The translations under genes were made by a program, and so were the position numbers. DNA of 64,000 nucleotides. It comes from an uncultured Nitrososphaeraceae archaeon (GTDB taxonomy: Archaea > Thermoproteota > Nitrososphaeria > Nitrososphaerales > Nitrososphaeraceae). The notes under the pieces were generated by a model. The model saw only the letters and a list, made by a program, of their open reading frames with translations, was not told the origin of the DNA and made no database searches. The stretch lies in NCBI GenBank assembly GCA_963729045.1, contig CAVSMN010000013.1, positions 32,001-96,000 of the forward strand, in the 5' to 3' direction. Each line of letters opens with the position of its first letter. Positions within the stretch are counted from its first letter, which is position 1. Below, piece by piece: positions 41,007 to 53,756 of the stretch.

Positions 41007-41129
41007 TTATCTTGCCCTTCTGGCCATCGATGCTAATGCATAAATTAGACCAATCCCTAAACCGACTGCTAACGGTACCCAAACTCCAAAAGCTTCAGGG
41101 TTTATCACAACTTGTAAGAACTGCAACAT
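41007..41129 (-). CDS. 40-aa single-TM membrane protein, absent from ORF track
   Basis: MLQFLQVVINPEAFGVWVPLAVGLGIGLIYALASMARRAR; TATA box (cttatata) ~25 nt upstream and T-tract downstream. Confidence 0.68.
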   Translation of the reverse strand: MLQFLQVVINPEAFGVWVPLAVGLGIGLIYALASMARRAR

Positions 41130-41335
41130 TGAGGGTTATAGATCATGGATGTATATAAGGTTTGTATTGCCTTATTTTTTATTCTAAATACGACATTATT
41201 GAATAAAAAACAATCGATTACTATGATATTATATTTTTGTAAATCGATATAATATTATCATATTCTTACGAAATCGTGGATTCTAGTGGACTATGTATAT
41301 TTACTTTAAATTACCCTCTCGAACTGATTTTATAT

Positions 41336-41614
41336 ATGAAGATGCAGAAAGAGCTGCGCAAATTTTGTCCGAAATGTAAAACTCATACTACTCAAGCTGT
41401 TTCTACTTATAAAAAAGGTAAAGATAGAAAGGGTGCTCAGGGTGCCAGGCGCCACGCAGAAGATAAAAAGGGCTATGGTGGTCAAAAATTCCCTGAATTA
41501 AAAAGGACCGCTAAAACTACTAAAAAAGTAACCCTGAAATATACTTGCAAAACTTGTCAAAGAAAGACGATGAAACAAGGAATGCGAATTAGGAAATTGG
41601 AGATCCAGGCTTAG
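41336..41614 (+). CDS. rpl44e: 50S ribosomal protein L44e
   Basis: FCPKCKTHT, GYGGQKFP, KTTKKV.L...C..C motifs. Confidence 0.95.
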   Translation: MKMQKELRKFCPKCKTHTTQAVSTYKKGKDRKGAQGARRHAEDKKGYGGQKFPELKRTAKTTKKVTLKYTCKTCQRKTMKQGMRIRKLEIQA

Positions 41615-41623
41615 TTGGAGTGA

Positions 41624-41827
41624 ATGATTGTGAAAAAACATAACATTATGATCCCAAAACCTCGTAGTCACTTTGTAAAAGTTGAATGTGATTCATGCAA
41701 AAATATCAAAGTCTTGTATACTTTCGGTACAAAACCTATTTCATGTCCATCTTGTAATGCTGAACTTTTGGTAAATACCGGTGGCCAGGCTAAAATACTT
41801 GGCAATATCCTAGAAACCTTGGATTAA
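41624..41827 (+). CDS. rps27e: 30S ribosomal protein S27e
   Basis: PKPRSHFVKVEC..C and C..C..L...TGG motifs. Confidence 0.94.
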   Translation: MIVKKHNIMIPKPRSHFVKVECDSCKNIKVLYTFGTKPISCPSCNAELLVNTGGQAKILGNILETLD

Positions 41828-41853
41828 TCATTTCTTGATTATGGCTTCACATC

Positions 41854-42528
41854 CTACAATCCAATAAATTTTTCTGCTTTTTTCAAGTCGTCAACCGTGT
41901 TAATATTATAAACTAATTCCAGATTACTCATGATCACTGGTACTTCTTTGATTTGGTCTATATGCTCCAATCCGGCAATAGTGTGAAAGTCTAATATCGA
42001 AATCCCCGTATAACAATAATCAACTTTACTAATTTCTGTTACGAAAGTTGAGGGAACGAAATTGTTCTGAATAAACATTTTCTTGTCTACAACTATTGCA
42101 ATACTAGGACTACTCTGATACAAATCTGTAATTTCGTCTAAGGTTTTAGATGATATCAAGGGAAGATCGGTAGGTAAAAACAAAATTTTATTATTAGCAA
42201 AATCTTGAATTCCATTTTCCCCTTTGTTTTCTTTATCTTTGAAGAATTGGAGTACAATTAGGTAATCATTTGAAAATCCGCTACCAGTTGTCTCTATCAG
42301 TGTTATATCATTACAGTATCTGCTTTTTAGGAACTCTTTGGTTTTTACTGCATTCTTACTCACTGCAGCATATATCTTAAAATTCTTTTTTGAATTCTGT
42401 ACCGCCTCTATCATGTATTCTATCAGTGATTTATTCTTCAATTCTAAGAGGGGTTTTTCTACTTTGACTGTTGGATCTGTATTCAGTCTACTTCCTTTTC
42501 CTCCACACATTAGAACACAACTAATCAT
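41854..42528 (-). CDS. cobY: Adenosylcobinamide-phosphate guanylyltransferase
   Basis: MCGGKGSRL..EKP, DLP, NINT..DL; cobalamin operon context. Confidence 0.85.
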   Translation of the reverse strand: MISCVLMCGGKGSRLNTDPTVKVEKPLLELKNKSLIEYMIEAVQNSKKNFKIYAAVSKNAVKTKEFLKSRYCNDITLIETTGSGFSNDYLIVLQFFKDKENKGENGIQDFANNKILFLPTDLPLISSKTLDEITDLYQSSPSIAIVVDKKMFIQNNFVPSTFVTEISKVDYCYTGISILDFHTIAGLEHIDQIKEVPVIMSNLELVYNINTVDDLKKAEKFIGL

Positions 42529-42901
42529 TTCTCTCTTTTTGTCAATTTGATTTTGTTAATTTAACAACTAATAAAATTTGCTCCTTAATTATGACATTCT
42601 TTAATTGATTTCCTAGTGAATTTTATTATTCTTATTATCTTGCTATTTGTTCAAATTGCTAATCTAAATGTTCATAAATCCATCATCAATCAATCAATCA
42701 ATCAACTTATTTCATTTTTAGTTTCGCAAAATTACCACTTCATGCCTATCCAGATTCGATAGACTGTAGTTGATTTGAATATCACCTATCTACATGTCTT
42801 TACTACATCAAATTTAATAAGATAAATATTGGCTAAAGGTTCATTCTTTTATTTTTTCAATCTGCCTGTAATTTGCTCATTACAAAAACAAGATTGAACT
42901 T

Positions 42902-43654
42902 TTATGACAGGGATAAGAGTGAACAAAGTCTTACTATTTCGTTTGTTGCTCCCATTACATCTCCTGTAATTCCTCCAAAGTTCTTTTTTGAAATATAAAT
43001 GACAATAAAACAACAAATAATTCCTACAATAAATATCTGCAATCCAATCACACTCATATTTGAAATCAAAGCTATCAAAGCTATCAAAACTATAGTAATG
43101 ATTGTTGCGATTGCCATTTTCTTTTTTGATTTCATATTTTTTGTAAACAATGAACTATATCCATCCCAAGCTGACTCACAATAATGAGACTCCAGTACCA
43201 TAGAATATTTCGACATGATTTCGGAGAGAATTATTGCAATCATTAACCTATCCAAACTTGTGATTGAAGAGATTGCTATTACCATTCCAATAACATATCC
43301 TGAAATCGCGACAGTTCCAGCTGATCCAATTCTTGGGTCATGCATTACGTTGTATTTCTTTTCTTTGTTTCCTCTTACCATAATACCATCGGCAAAATCT
43401 GCGAGGGCGTCAGTATGATGTATGCCTGTTAAGACTATTAGAAAAATTGTTACTATGAATGCCGATACAAATTGATTAAATAAATAAAAGGAAATTAATA
43501 CTACAGGAATAGTTAAAAGTCCTATTAATAGTCCAATAAAAGGGAACAAGAACATTTTTTTTGAAATGTTCTCTAAACCATCACTCTTACCAAATTTTCC
43601 AATAGGTATTATTGTTAAAAATGAAATGATCTCTAAGATGCTTTTAAATACCAA
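42902..43654 (-). CDS. cobS: Adenosylcobinamide-GDP ribazoletransferase
   Basis: FLTIIP, TGIHHTDALADFADG, M.DPRIGSAG, GGITGDVMGA. Confidence 0.93.
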   Translation of the reverse strand: MVFKSILEIISFLTIIPIGKFGKSDGLENISKKMFLFPFIGLLIGLLTIPVVLISFYLFNQFVSAFIVTIFLIVLTGIHHTDALADFADGIMVRGNKEKKYNVMHDPRIGSAGTVAISGYVIGMVIAISSITSLDRLMIAIILSEIMSKYSMVLESHYCESAWDGYSSLFTKNMKSKKKMAIATIITIVLIALIALISNMSVIGLQIFIVGIICCFIVIYISKKNFGGITGDVMGATNEIVRLCSLLSLS

Positions 43655-44648
43655 ATAATATTGTCCACCAATTAAAATAGTTCAAAATCATGATAACAGG
43701 AATTAGAAAACTGAACATAAATATCAGTGTCGCTATCTTGCTTATTTTTAAGGATGTTTTGCATTTTTGGATAGTAAGTTGTTCTTTCATATCTCCTAAT
43801 TTATAATGATCAATTTTCTCTAACTGAATATTCAATCCTCCAGCCATAATTGACATTGGTACACCTGCATTGAAACTTTCGGTATTTTGGTAGTCTCTTT
43901 TACATATTTTTATTGCATTTTTCCAATCTTGTCTGCAAACCATCATGGAGATAATCAAAAAAACTGATGACAATCGTGCAGGTATGGCATTTACGATGGT
44001 ATCAAGTTTAGCTGACATCCATCCCACTTTATTATAGTAATCATCCTTGTAAGCGATCATGGAATCTAATGTGTTTATGGTTCTATACATCATAGAACCT
44101 GGAATACTTAAAAGACCATAATAGAATAGTGGCGAGAGTATACCATCTACAAAGCTTTCTGCTACACATTCGATACAAGCTGATAGAATTCTGGACTCTG
44201 ATAGATTCCGTGTGTCTCTGCTGACAATTTTTGATAAATTTCTGCGAGCTTTATCCAAATCATTTTTGTCTAATTCCTCCAAGATCTCCTTGATATGGTT
44301 ATCCATAGCTCTTATTGAAAATGTTGTTTTTAACAACGCTGCCGATACTATGACAAAAAAAATAATACCTAACAAAAAAAGTGATTGCATGCAAATATAA
44401 TAAACTACCAAACTAACCATGACTGTTAATCCTAATGCTAAAATCGATCCCATTACCTTTTCAAAATTTTCTTTATCTTTATCTTTCATGTATTTAGAAG
44501 CATTTTTTATTATTTTAATAAAGAAGTTTATGATTCTACCAATCAATACAACGGGGTGTATCCTATTTGGCGGTTCGCCTAAGGTGATGTCTATCAAAGT
44601 CGCGATAAATAAAATTGATATGATTTCTGTTACGATTTCAAGTGACAT
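43644..44648 (-). CDS. cbiB: Adenosylcobinamide-phosphate synthase
   Basis: GEPP..IHPVV.IG, IVSRDT, E...DG..SPLFY, YRTINTLDSMIAY. Confidence 0.93.
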   Translation of the reverse strand: MSLEIVTEIISILFIATLIDITLGEPPNRIHPVVLIGRIINFFIKIIKNASKYMKDKDKENFEKVMGSILALGLTVMVSLVVYYICMQSLFLLGIIFFVIVSAALLKTTFSIRAMDNHIKEILEELDKNDLDKARRNLSKIVSRDTRNLSESRILSACIECVAESFVDGILSPLFYYGLLSIPGSMMYRTINTLDSMIAYKDDYYNKVGWMSAKLDTIVNAIPARLSSVFLIISMMVCRQDWKNAIKICKRDYQNTESFNAGVPMSIMAGGLNIQLEKIDHYKLGDMKEQLTIQKCKTSLKISKIATLIFMFSFLIPVIMILNYFNWWTILFGI

Positions 44649-44660
44649 GGCTTGATTTTT

Positions 44661-45596
44661 TTATCTGATTATTTTTTTTAGAATATAATCCATGTTGATT
44701 GATGATTCTACTTTTTCTGCAAACCTGCTGATCTCTGCGTCTAAATCTGACTGATCTGTCGTTTTTTGATGATTATTTATTTTGTCATTTTTCTTGATCG
44801 ATCGGGCATATGTTCTCTTGTTTTTGTTTTCATTCTGACCTTGTTTTATTTCATTGTCATTATTATCTCTGTCTAAGGAGTCCTCTTTTGGGATATTGTG
44901 ATCTATTTTAGGAACGATACCTAGAAATGGTTTTGCTATTTTTGACTCGATCTTTTTTATCGCGGGGAATAATATTGTATTATCTCCACGAAATTTGTTA
45001 ATTATGATTCCTTTTACTAATCGTTGATGTGATGGTTTTAACAACATCATTGTTCCTAAAATGCTAGCGAAACATCCTCCACGTTCAATATCTGAAACCA
45101 GGATTACTGGTGCATTTACTTTTTCTGCAAAAATCATATTGGCGATGTCGTATTTTTGTATATTTATTTCAGCAGGTGAGCCTGCTCCTTCTAATATTAT
45201 TATTTCGTATTTCCTTCTTAATTCTCTGAATGCGTCCAATGCTATTCTAAAACCTTTATCGAGAACAAAATCTGAATAGTAATCTTTAGCTTCCATTACC
45301 GACAAGAATTCACCGTTTGCATATATTCTGCTCTTGCTGTTACCTATTGGCTTTAATAATATTGGATTCATGTTAGAGTCAGGAATCGCTCTACTTGCTA
45401 TAGCCTGAATCGCTTGAGCATTTGCTATCACTTTATCTGTGTTTTCTATTTTATGTGTAAATGAGGACATGTTTTGGGATTTGAAGGGAGCTACTTTGAA
45501 TCCTTTGTTGGTCAAAATTCTGCATAGTGCAGTAACAAGCATACTTTTGCCAGCTCCCGAAGACGTCCCCTGAATCATTAACAGTTTTGATTTCAA
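44661..45596 (-). CDS. cobQ: Cobyric acid synthase, short form lacking the glutaminase domain
   Basis: LMIQGTSSGAGKS, PFKSQNMS, MNPILLKP, EGAGSPAEIN, DIERGG, INKFRGD; only 311 aa. Confidence 0.9.
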   Translation of the reverse strand: MKSKLLMIQGTSSGAGKSMLVTALCRILTNKGFKVAPFKSQNMSSFTHKIENTDKVIANAQAIQAIASRAIPDSNMNPILLKPIGNSKSRIYANGEFLSVMEAKDYYSDFVLDKGFRIALDAFRELRRKYEIIILEGAGSPAEINIQKYDIANMIFAEKVNAPVILVSDIERGGCFASILGTMMLLKPSHQRLVKGIIINKFRGDNTILFPAIKKIESKIAKPFLGIVPKIDHNIPKEDSLDRDNNDNEIKQGQNENKNKRTYARSIKKNDKINNHQKTTDQSDLDAEISRFAEKVESSINMDYILKKIIR

Positions 45597-46684
45597 AGTG
45601 CTCCTTCCAATGATTCTAAAAGGACATTATTCTCTTTTGGAGTCTTGATGGCTACTCTAATAAATTTGTCATTCATACCTCTAAAACTCTTGCAATCTCT
45701 CACGAGGATTCCGTTCTTTATTAATAATTTGCTAGTTAGTTCTGTGGATGTTTTCTCATTTAGTATCTCGATCAAGTAAAAATTGACATCACTTGAGATT
45801 ACCCTTATTTTTCTGTTTTTTTCAAGCAATTTGAAAACTCTTTTCTTTTCAGAAATATTGTTTTTCCTAGCGGCTTTAATATGAGATTTGTCTTTTAGCG
45901 CTTCTATGGCAGCAATCTGGGCTAATCCGTTTACGTTCCAGCTAATCAAATTGTTGTTTAATTTTTGAATATTCTCGTTGGTCGATAGCGCATAGCCTAC
46001 TCTCAAACCTGCTAGACCGAATGTTTTTGTAAGCGATCTTAAAATCACTAGATTATTGGAATCCTTTATTAGATTAATAAAATAGTTATTGTCGTTTTCC
46101 TTTTTAGTATCGGTAAATTCGATGTAGGATTCATCTAGCAGGATTGGAATCTTTTTATCGATCTTTTCTAGTATTTCTAGTATTTCTTTTCTGAAAAACT
46201 TTCCTGTAGGGTTATTTGGATTGCATAAGAATACTGATCCTATTTCATTGTCTGGATTGTTTGTTAGCTTTGCAATAGAATCTGAATCAATTTGAAAGTT
46301 ATTGTCAAGAGGGGGTACAAATACCAATTTTGATTTCCTGCGTCTTGCAGCAAGCTCGTATTCACAAAAGGTGGGTATTGGAATAAGTGTTTTTTTTCGG
46401 GCAAAAGCAGCGGCGAAATAATGTATTAATTCTGTGGCGCCATTTCCCGTTATTAAATTCTCATTTACTTCAAGATTAAATTCACAATCGATATACTCTA
46501 TTATCTTTTTTTTCAATTCAGTGCATTTTGGATCAGGATAAATATAGGCTAGTTTGATATTGGTTCTTAATTTTTCAAAAACTTTCTTGGAAATTCCAAG
46601 AGGATTTATGTTCGAACTAAAATCTATTCTTATATTCTTTTGACTATTTACAGAATAGATTCCACCATGATGACAATGTTGCAA
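45593..46684 (-). CDS. cobD: L-threonine-O-3-phosphate decarboxylase
   Basis: HGG, DFSSNINPLG, CNPNNPTG, RSLTK.FGLAGLRVGY; operon context. Confidence 0.88.
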   Translation of the reverse strand: MQHCHHGGIYSVNSQKNIRIDFSSNINPLGISKKVFEKLRTNIKLAYIYPDPKCTELKKKIIEYIDCEFNLEVNENLITGNGATELIHYFAAAFARKKTLIPIPTFCEYELAARRRKSKLVFVPPLDNNFQIDSDSIAKLTNNPDNEIGSVFLCNPNNPTGKFFRKEILEILEKIDKKIPILLDESYIEFTDTKKENDNNYFINLIKDSNNLVILRSLTKTFGLAGLRVGYALSTNENIQKLNNNLISWNVNGLAQIAAIEALKDKSHIKAARKNNISEKKRVFKLLEKNRKIRVISSDVNFYLIEILNEKTSTELTSKLLIKNGILVRDCKSFRGMNDKFIRVAIKTPKENNVLLESLEGAL

Positions 46685-46815
46685 AGTCGATTCAATCAGA
46701 TGATTTCTTATCTTTTTTTTTAGTATGAAAAGATCTTTTCATCTATTGTATAATAGTTTTAGTTTTTTACACTTTAAAAAGGATTATTAATTGTTTTATT
46801 TCTAACCATTTCAAT

Positions 46816-47898
46816 ATGTTAAAAGTAGCGTTAATCGGTTCAACTGGCGCTGTAGGTCAAGAATTTGTAGTTGCACTTGACAAACATCCTTGGTTTAATT
46901 TAACTCATATTGTCTCTTCTGAAAGATCTGCTGGCAAAAAATATGTGGACGCAATTAGAGATCCTCAGTCGGGTATACTAAAGTGGCATAATCGAGAACA
47001 AATCCCTGAATATGTTAGAGATAAAACCATATCTAAATTTGACGACATAAATCCAAAGGAGTTTGACTTGATTTTTACTGCTTTGGAATCTGATGACGCA
47101 CAAATAATAGAACCAAAGTTAGCTGCTCATGTTCCTGTTATTAGTACCGCTGCTGCTTTCAGATACGAAAACGACGTTCCAATTTTGATACCTGGAATCA
47201 ATGATGACCACACTGATCTTTTAAAAAAACAGCAGAAAGAGCGTCAATGGAAGGGCTTTATTGCCCCAATGCCTAATTGCACTACTACTGGGCTCGCTAT
47301 TACTCTAAAACCTTTGATTGATAGCTTTGGAGTGAAAAGCGTCTTTATGACCTCAATGCAAGCATTGTCTGGAGCAGGTAGGTCTCCTGGTGTTATTGCT
47401 TTGGATATATTAGACAATGTCATTCCATACATTCCTAAAGAGGAAGAAAAAGTTCAAATAGAAACCAAAAAAATATTGGGTAAATATGATACAGAATCTA
47501 AAGAAATCTCTGTTAATGATGTAAAGGTTAGTTGCACCTGTACCAGGGTACCAGTGTCTGATGGTCATACTGAGGTAGTTTTTGTAGAGACAATCGAGAA
47601 TGCAGACCCCTCGTCAGTTAAAAAGAAAATGATGGAATTTTCTGACAATGTATCCATAAAGAATCTTCCTACTGCTCCACGAGATTACATTGTTGTCAAT
47701 GATGATCCTACAAGACCTCAGCCACGAGTAGACAGAGAAATCAACGATGGTATGACCACAGTGGTTGGTAGACTGAGAAAGGATTCCGTGTTTGACAATG
47801 GTATAAAGTATGTTCTACTGACTCACAATGAAAAAATGGGTTCGGCGAAAGGAGCAGTATTATTAGCCGAGTTGTTCAAAACAAAAAAAATTATATAA
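46816..47898 (+). CDS. asd: Aspartate-semialdehyde dehydrogenase
   Basis: GSTGAVGQ, PNCTT, QALSGAG and CTRVPV.DGH motifs. Confidence 0.96.
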   Translation: MLKVALIGSTGAVGQEFVVALDKHPWFNLTHIVSSERSAGKKYVDAIRDPQSGILKWHNREQIPEYVRDKTISKFDDINPKEFDLIFTALESDDAQIIEPKLAAHVPVISTAAAFRYENDVPILIPGINDDHTDLLKKQQKERQWKGFIAPMPNCTTTGLAITLKPLIDSFGVKSVFMTSMQALSGAGRSPGVIALDILDNVIPYIPKEEEKVQIETKKILGKYDTESKEISVNDVKVSCTCTRVPVSDGHTEVVFVETIENADPSSVKKKMMEFSDNVSIKNLPTAPRDYIVVNDDPTRPQPRVDREINDGMTTVVGRLRKDSVFDNGIKYVLLTHNEKMGSAKGAVLLAELFKTKKII

Positions 47899-47983
47899 AT
47901 TTTTTTAAAAATAAACAAACTTTATAACAAAAATAAAAATTATACATTTATTAACCACGAAAAAATAGTATATTTTGAAAATT

Positions 47984-48445
47984 ATGGGAAGAATTGACGA
48001 TCTTGATCTAAAAATATTAAGCGAGTTGTCAAAAGATGCAAGTATATCGGTTCCCAGGCTTTCAAAAAAAATCAATATCAATTCCTCTGTTGTTTATAGT
48101 AGAATCAAGCGACTTGTAAAGAGAGGTTTGATTAAGAAATTTACTATTGTAATAAATGATGAAGCCTTAGGTTTTAATGTTAAAGCACTAACTGGAATTA
48201 CCATGGATTCTAAATTAAGGGATAATGTGCTTGCAGAGCTTTTTAAAATTCCCGAGGTCAGAGAAGTAGCCGAAGTTACTGGAAGATTTGATGTGTTGGT
48301 TACCATGACTGCTCGTTCTCTAGATGAAATGCATCAAATCATATCTGAAAAGGTGGGACGGATTGAAGGGGTACAGAAAACTGAAACATTTATTGAGATG
48401 AGAAAGACTTCAAGAGAAATAATATCAAATTCTGTATCTAAATAA
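47984..48445 (+). CDS. Lrp/AsnC-family regulator
   Basis: IDDLDLKIL.EL..DA, RIKRL...G.I and VTGRFD motifs. Confidence 0.92.
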   Translation: MGRIDDLDLKILSELSKDASISVPRLSKKININSSVVYSRIKRLVKRGLIKKFTIVINDEALGFNVKALTGITMDSKLRDNVLAELFKIPEVREVAEVTGRFDVLVTMTARSLDEMHQIISEKVGRIEGVQKTETFIEMRKTSREIISNSVSK

Positions 48446-48510
48446 AAAAAGTTCTCTCAAGATATAAATAACTATTTTATTTATAATATGGTGGTAGGTT
48501 AATAGACTAT

Positions 48511-49401
48511 TTGGTTTTAGAGATGAAGACAGTTGGTAACCAAGTTAAAAATTATTATGAGCTTACAAAACCAAAAATTTGGTATTTACTAGTTTTCACA
48601 GCTATAGCTGCTGCGGTATCAGCATCCTGGTTATTTGATGTTCAGGTCAGTTGGATGACTTGGGCTTTATTGTTCTTTGCAATCGCAGCAGGCTCTGCAG
48701 CTGCGGATACACTTACAGGATATAACGATAGAGATATTGACGCAATAATGGAAAGAACCAAAGGTCGTCCGATTCCCTCGGGAAGAATTTCTCCACGTAA
48801 CGCTTTAATTTTTGGGCTCATTTTAACAGGAATTTCTCTGGTTTGTTCTTGGTTCATAAACATATGGGCATTTGGGTTAATGGCATTTGGCTTGTTTGAT
48901 AACATCATAGTATACAGCAAATGGCTAAAACGAACCAGTCAATCTAATATTATATTAGGTGGATTTTCTGGTGGCGCTCCAGCATTAATTGGTTATATTG
49001 CAATAACATTTCAACATGTGGAAATAGGCATTGCAATGGCCGGACTGGTCTTTTTCTGGATTCCTACACACATCTGGAGTTTAGCCTTACATGTAAAAGA
49101 AGATTACAAAAAGGCCAATGTTCCAATGCTTCCCGTTGTATCAAGCGAATCTAAATCTGTAAGGATAATAGCACTAACAACTTTGATGATGGTTGTATTT
49201 AGTATACTGCCATTTTTCTTTAATCAATTTGGTTTGATATATCTATTGACTGCTACCGTATTTGGTATTGTGATGATAATTTTGTCTGTGTGGTTATTGC
49301 TAAAACCAAGTGAAAAAACTTCTTGGTTAGTATTTAAATTTAGCAGTCCATATTTGGCAGCATTATTTATTGCTTTTATGGTAGATGCGTTCTTTCACTA
49401 G
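48511..49401 (+). CDS. cyoE: Protoheme IX farnesyltransferase (heme o synthase)
   Basis: LTKPKI, DRDIDAIMERTKGRPIPSG, WIPTH.W.LA and DY..A.VPMLP motifs. Confidence 0.93.
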   Translation: MVLEMKTVGNQVKNYYELTKPKIWYLLVFTAIAAAVSASWLFDVQVSWMTWALLFFAIAAGSAAADTLTGYNDRDIDAIMERTKGRPIPSGRISPRNALIFGLILTGISLVCSWFINIWAFGLMAFGLFDNIIVYSKWLKRTSQSNIILGGFSGGAPALIGYIAITFQHVEIGIAMAGLVFFWIPTHIWSLALHVKEDYKKANVPMLPVVSSESKSVRIIALTTLMMVVFSILPFFFNQFGLIYLLTATVFGIVMIILSVWLLLKPSEKTSWLVFKFSSPYLAALFIAFMVDAFFH

Positions 49402-49460
49402 ATCGCTTTCTTTCTTGTTTTTTTCTAATCAGGACAAATCAACTCTAGAATTCTGCTTGC

Positions 49461-49886
49461 TCATCCTTTTTGAAATTCATCTAGTTTTTTCACCTTCAAG
49501 TCGAACTTTTCTTTGAATTTGGGAATATTGATAATGAACCTTTCATGCTTTCCCTCTCCTATCTGTTCTAAATTGTCTTCTGTAGATACTTTGAATTGAA
49601 CTCTTCTTCCATCAACTCCTATGATTTCGGCTTTCAGAATTATCTCCGCCCCTACAGGGGTTGCAGCAGTATGATTAATGTCTACAACGGTACCTACCGA
49701 ATCCCATTCTGAATCAACCTTTAGAAATTGCTCTTTTAATAGCAGTCTACAGGTTTCTTCCATTTCTGATATCATTGAAGGTGTCGAGAATACATTTTCA
49801 CCTTCCCAAAGAAAACTGGTAGTCTGATTGTGACTAACTTTAATTCTCCTTTCATTTTTGGTTCCTAATTTTATGTCAAAATCCAT
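49461..49886 (-). CDS. Hot-dog fold thioesterase (FlK-like)
   Basis: VFSTPSMI..ME, SVGT..INH.AATPVG and G.G.HER motifs. Confidence 0.85.
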   Translation of the reverse strand: MDFDIKLGTKNERRIKVSHNQTTSFLWEGENVFSTPSMISEMEETCRLLLKEQFLKVDSEWDSVGTVVDINHTAATPVGAEIILKAEIIGVDGRRVQFKVSTEDNLEQIGEGKHERFIINIPKFKEKFDLKVKKLDEFQKG

Positions 49887-50018
49887 AAGAATTATTCAGT
49901 TTGCTTTGATAAATTATTTGTTGATCTTGATCTCTATCTTTTTTGGTATTTTATTTGTGAAACCTATAAAAGGGGCTTACCGAAAAATTGTACCATTCTA
50001 TTAAGGTGATATGAGAAC

Positions 50019-51714
<1,696 letters not shown>

Positions 51715-51836
51715 TCCATTCGTTTATTCTGCAAAAAAAAAGATTAATTTTTTTTATACATGTCCACCGTTTTATTCCATTTATTTTTTAAGCCTTTCTG
51801 ATACCATTATATTTATCAAAATTCAAAATTCATACC

Positions 51837-53212
51837 GTGAATCCTTGGACTTTTATTCCAGCATCTCCTATTCCATTTCCTAGCTCTCTCTCATCACCGT
51901 TTTTAGATTTGTCTTGTTCATCAAAGTCTTTAGAAAGTATTTTTTCTTCAACGGGTAATGATTCATTTCCACGTCCAAATCATAATCAAAATCTTCATAA
52001 AGAAAACACAAACCAGTCTGACAGAAGAGTTAAAACGGAAAATAGGAAGAGTTTGACAAATCAGATTTTTGGGGATTCCCATACTCGTGATATTCTCAGA
52101 AACCTGTTGATCAAACTTTCAGATATAAAGGAAGATAAGTATCATCAACCACAGGTTACCATTTTGCCTGATTTTTTTGTGGATAGAATTATTGAAGTAT
52201 TGGACTATCCCATTTTTATGAATGATATCCAAAAAAAGATTGTTGCGGGAGGTGGAAGTATGCGAGGGTATTCTAGTGTGGATATCAAAGGTGGTAACGC
52301 AGTCAATATGGCATATAGTCTAGCAAAACTCGATGTTCGCGTAGATTTGTTTACCATAGCAGATGAAATTGGTTCTGCTATTTTGCGTTCTGTATTTTTG
52401 CCCTTCAAGACAAACGTAAATCTTCACATTATGAAAGGAAAACATGGATTATCGACAGTATTTGAATTTTCAAATGCCTCCACACCTCCACCTCTACCTC
52501 CACCTCCCTACCTCAAATGTGATGGTAAGTGATGTAGGTGACAACGATAATTTTGGTCCAGAACTAATTGAATCACAAGAAGTAAGGATGATTTTGCGAT
52601 CATCTGATGCTGTGATAATGACAAATTGGGCGTCAAATCTAAGAGGAACCGACTTGTTAGATTATACCTTTTCGAATTCTCCTAAATCGATTCATTTTTT
52701 GGATCCCGCTGATATCGAAAGGAGATGTTTTGAATTCATTAATGTGCTAAAAAGTCGTTCCAATTTAGTAGACTTTCTAAGTATCAATGAAAATGAATAT
52801 AATCTGATAATCAAAGCATTAGAGAGCGTAATTGGTTATGACAATAGTACTCTTATTGACCTTTGATAGCAATTTATCCCCTGATAATATTAACGCCTTT
52901 TGCGAATCAGCAAAGTTCCTTGCTAATTTTATTAATTTAACAGTATGTGTACATACAACTAAGGGTTCTGCAATATCTGATGGTCAAGAATCGTTATTTG
53001 TAAATTCTATTGTTCCATCCAAAATAGATATTGTAAGTGGAGCAGGAGATTCATGGGATGCTGGTTTCATTTTTGGACACCTATATGGATTCACAACTAT
53101 AGAGAAAATTTGTTTTGCCAATTTATTATCCTCACTCCATGTAGGAAATCCATTTGGTGATAACCCTTCATTATCTGAAATTATTGATTATATCAAATCT
53201 AGTTATTTCTAA
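51837..53212 (+). CDS. PfkB-family carbohydrate kinase split by two apparent frameshifts (~52500, ~52855); true start probably later
   Basis: GGNAVNMAYSLAKL, DPAD, INENE and DIVSGAGDSWDAGF motifs spread across three overlapping ORFs. Confidence 0.78.
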
Positions 53213-53756
53213 ATACATTATCATTGTGGAGGGTAAAATAATATAGGAATATTGCCGTAACCGTCTTACAGTCTATTATTGTACCATCATAACAATATTT
53301 GATAGCATCCTTTAATTCAACAACAAAATTAGTAATGTTTTCATCCTCATCCATTTTATTTGGATTCTCCAGTTTAGACATATTTTCTGCAACGAAAAAA
53401 TGCATTAATTCGGTGTCATAACTTGGAGCCAAAAAACATCGAGTAAGCGGTTTTAATACCCCTGCATATCCTGTTTCTTCTGCTAATTCCCTTTTTGCTG
53501 CTTCATGGGGTAATTCATTACTTTCAATCTTGCCTGCAGGTATTTCAATTAAATATTTGTTTACGGCATGTCTGAATTGTTTAATTAACAAAATCTCTTT
53601 TTTATTAATGATGGGAATAATTCCGACAGAAGGACTATGCTCAACTACTTCCTTTCTAAAGACTTTTCCTTTGTAGTTGAATGTATCTATTCTTAACCTT
53701 ACTGGGCCCTCATGGACCACCTTCTTGTTTATGACGCTGTACCCTTCTTTAGACAT
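53199..53756 (-). CDS. NUDIX hydrolase (ADP-ribose pyrophosphatase-like)
   Basis: KQFRHAV and Nudix box EIPAGKIE..E...AAKRELAEETG. Confidence 0.9.
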   Translation of the reverse strand: MSKEGYSVINKKVVHEGPVRLRIDTFNYKGKVFRKEVVEHSPSVGIIPIINKKEILLIKQFRHAVNKYLIEIPAGKIESNELPHEAAKRELAEETGYAGVLKPLTRCFLAPSYDTELMHFFVAENMSKLENPNKMDEDENITNFVVELKDAIKYCYDGTIIDCKTVTAIFLYYFTLHNDNVFRNN

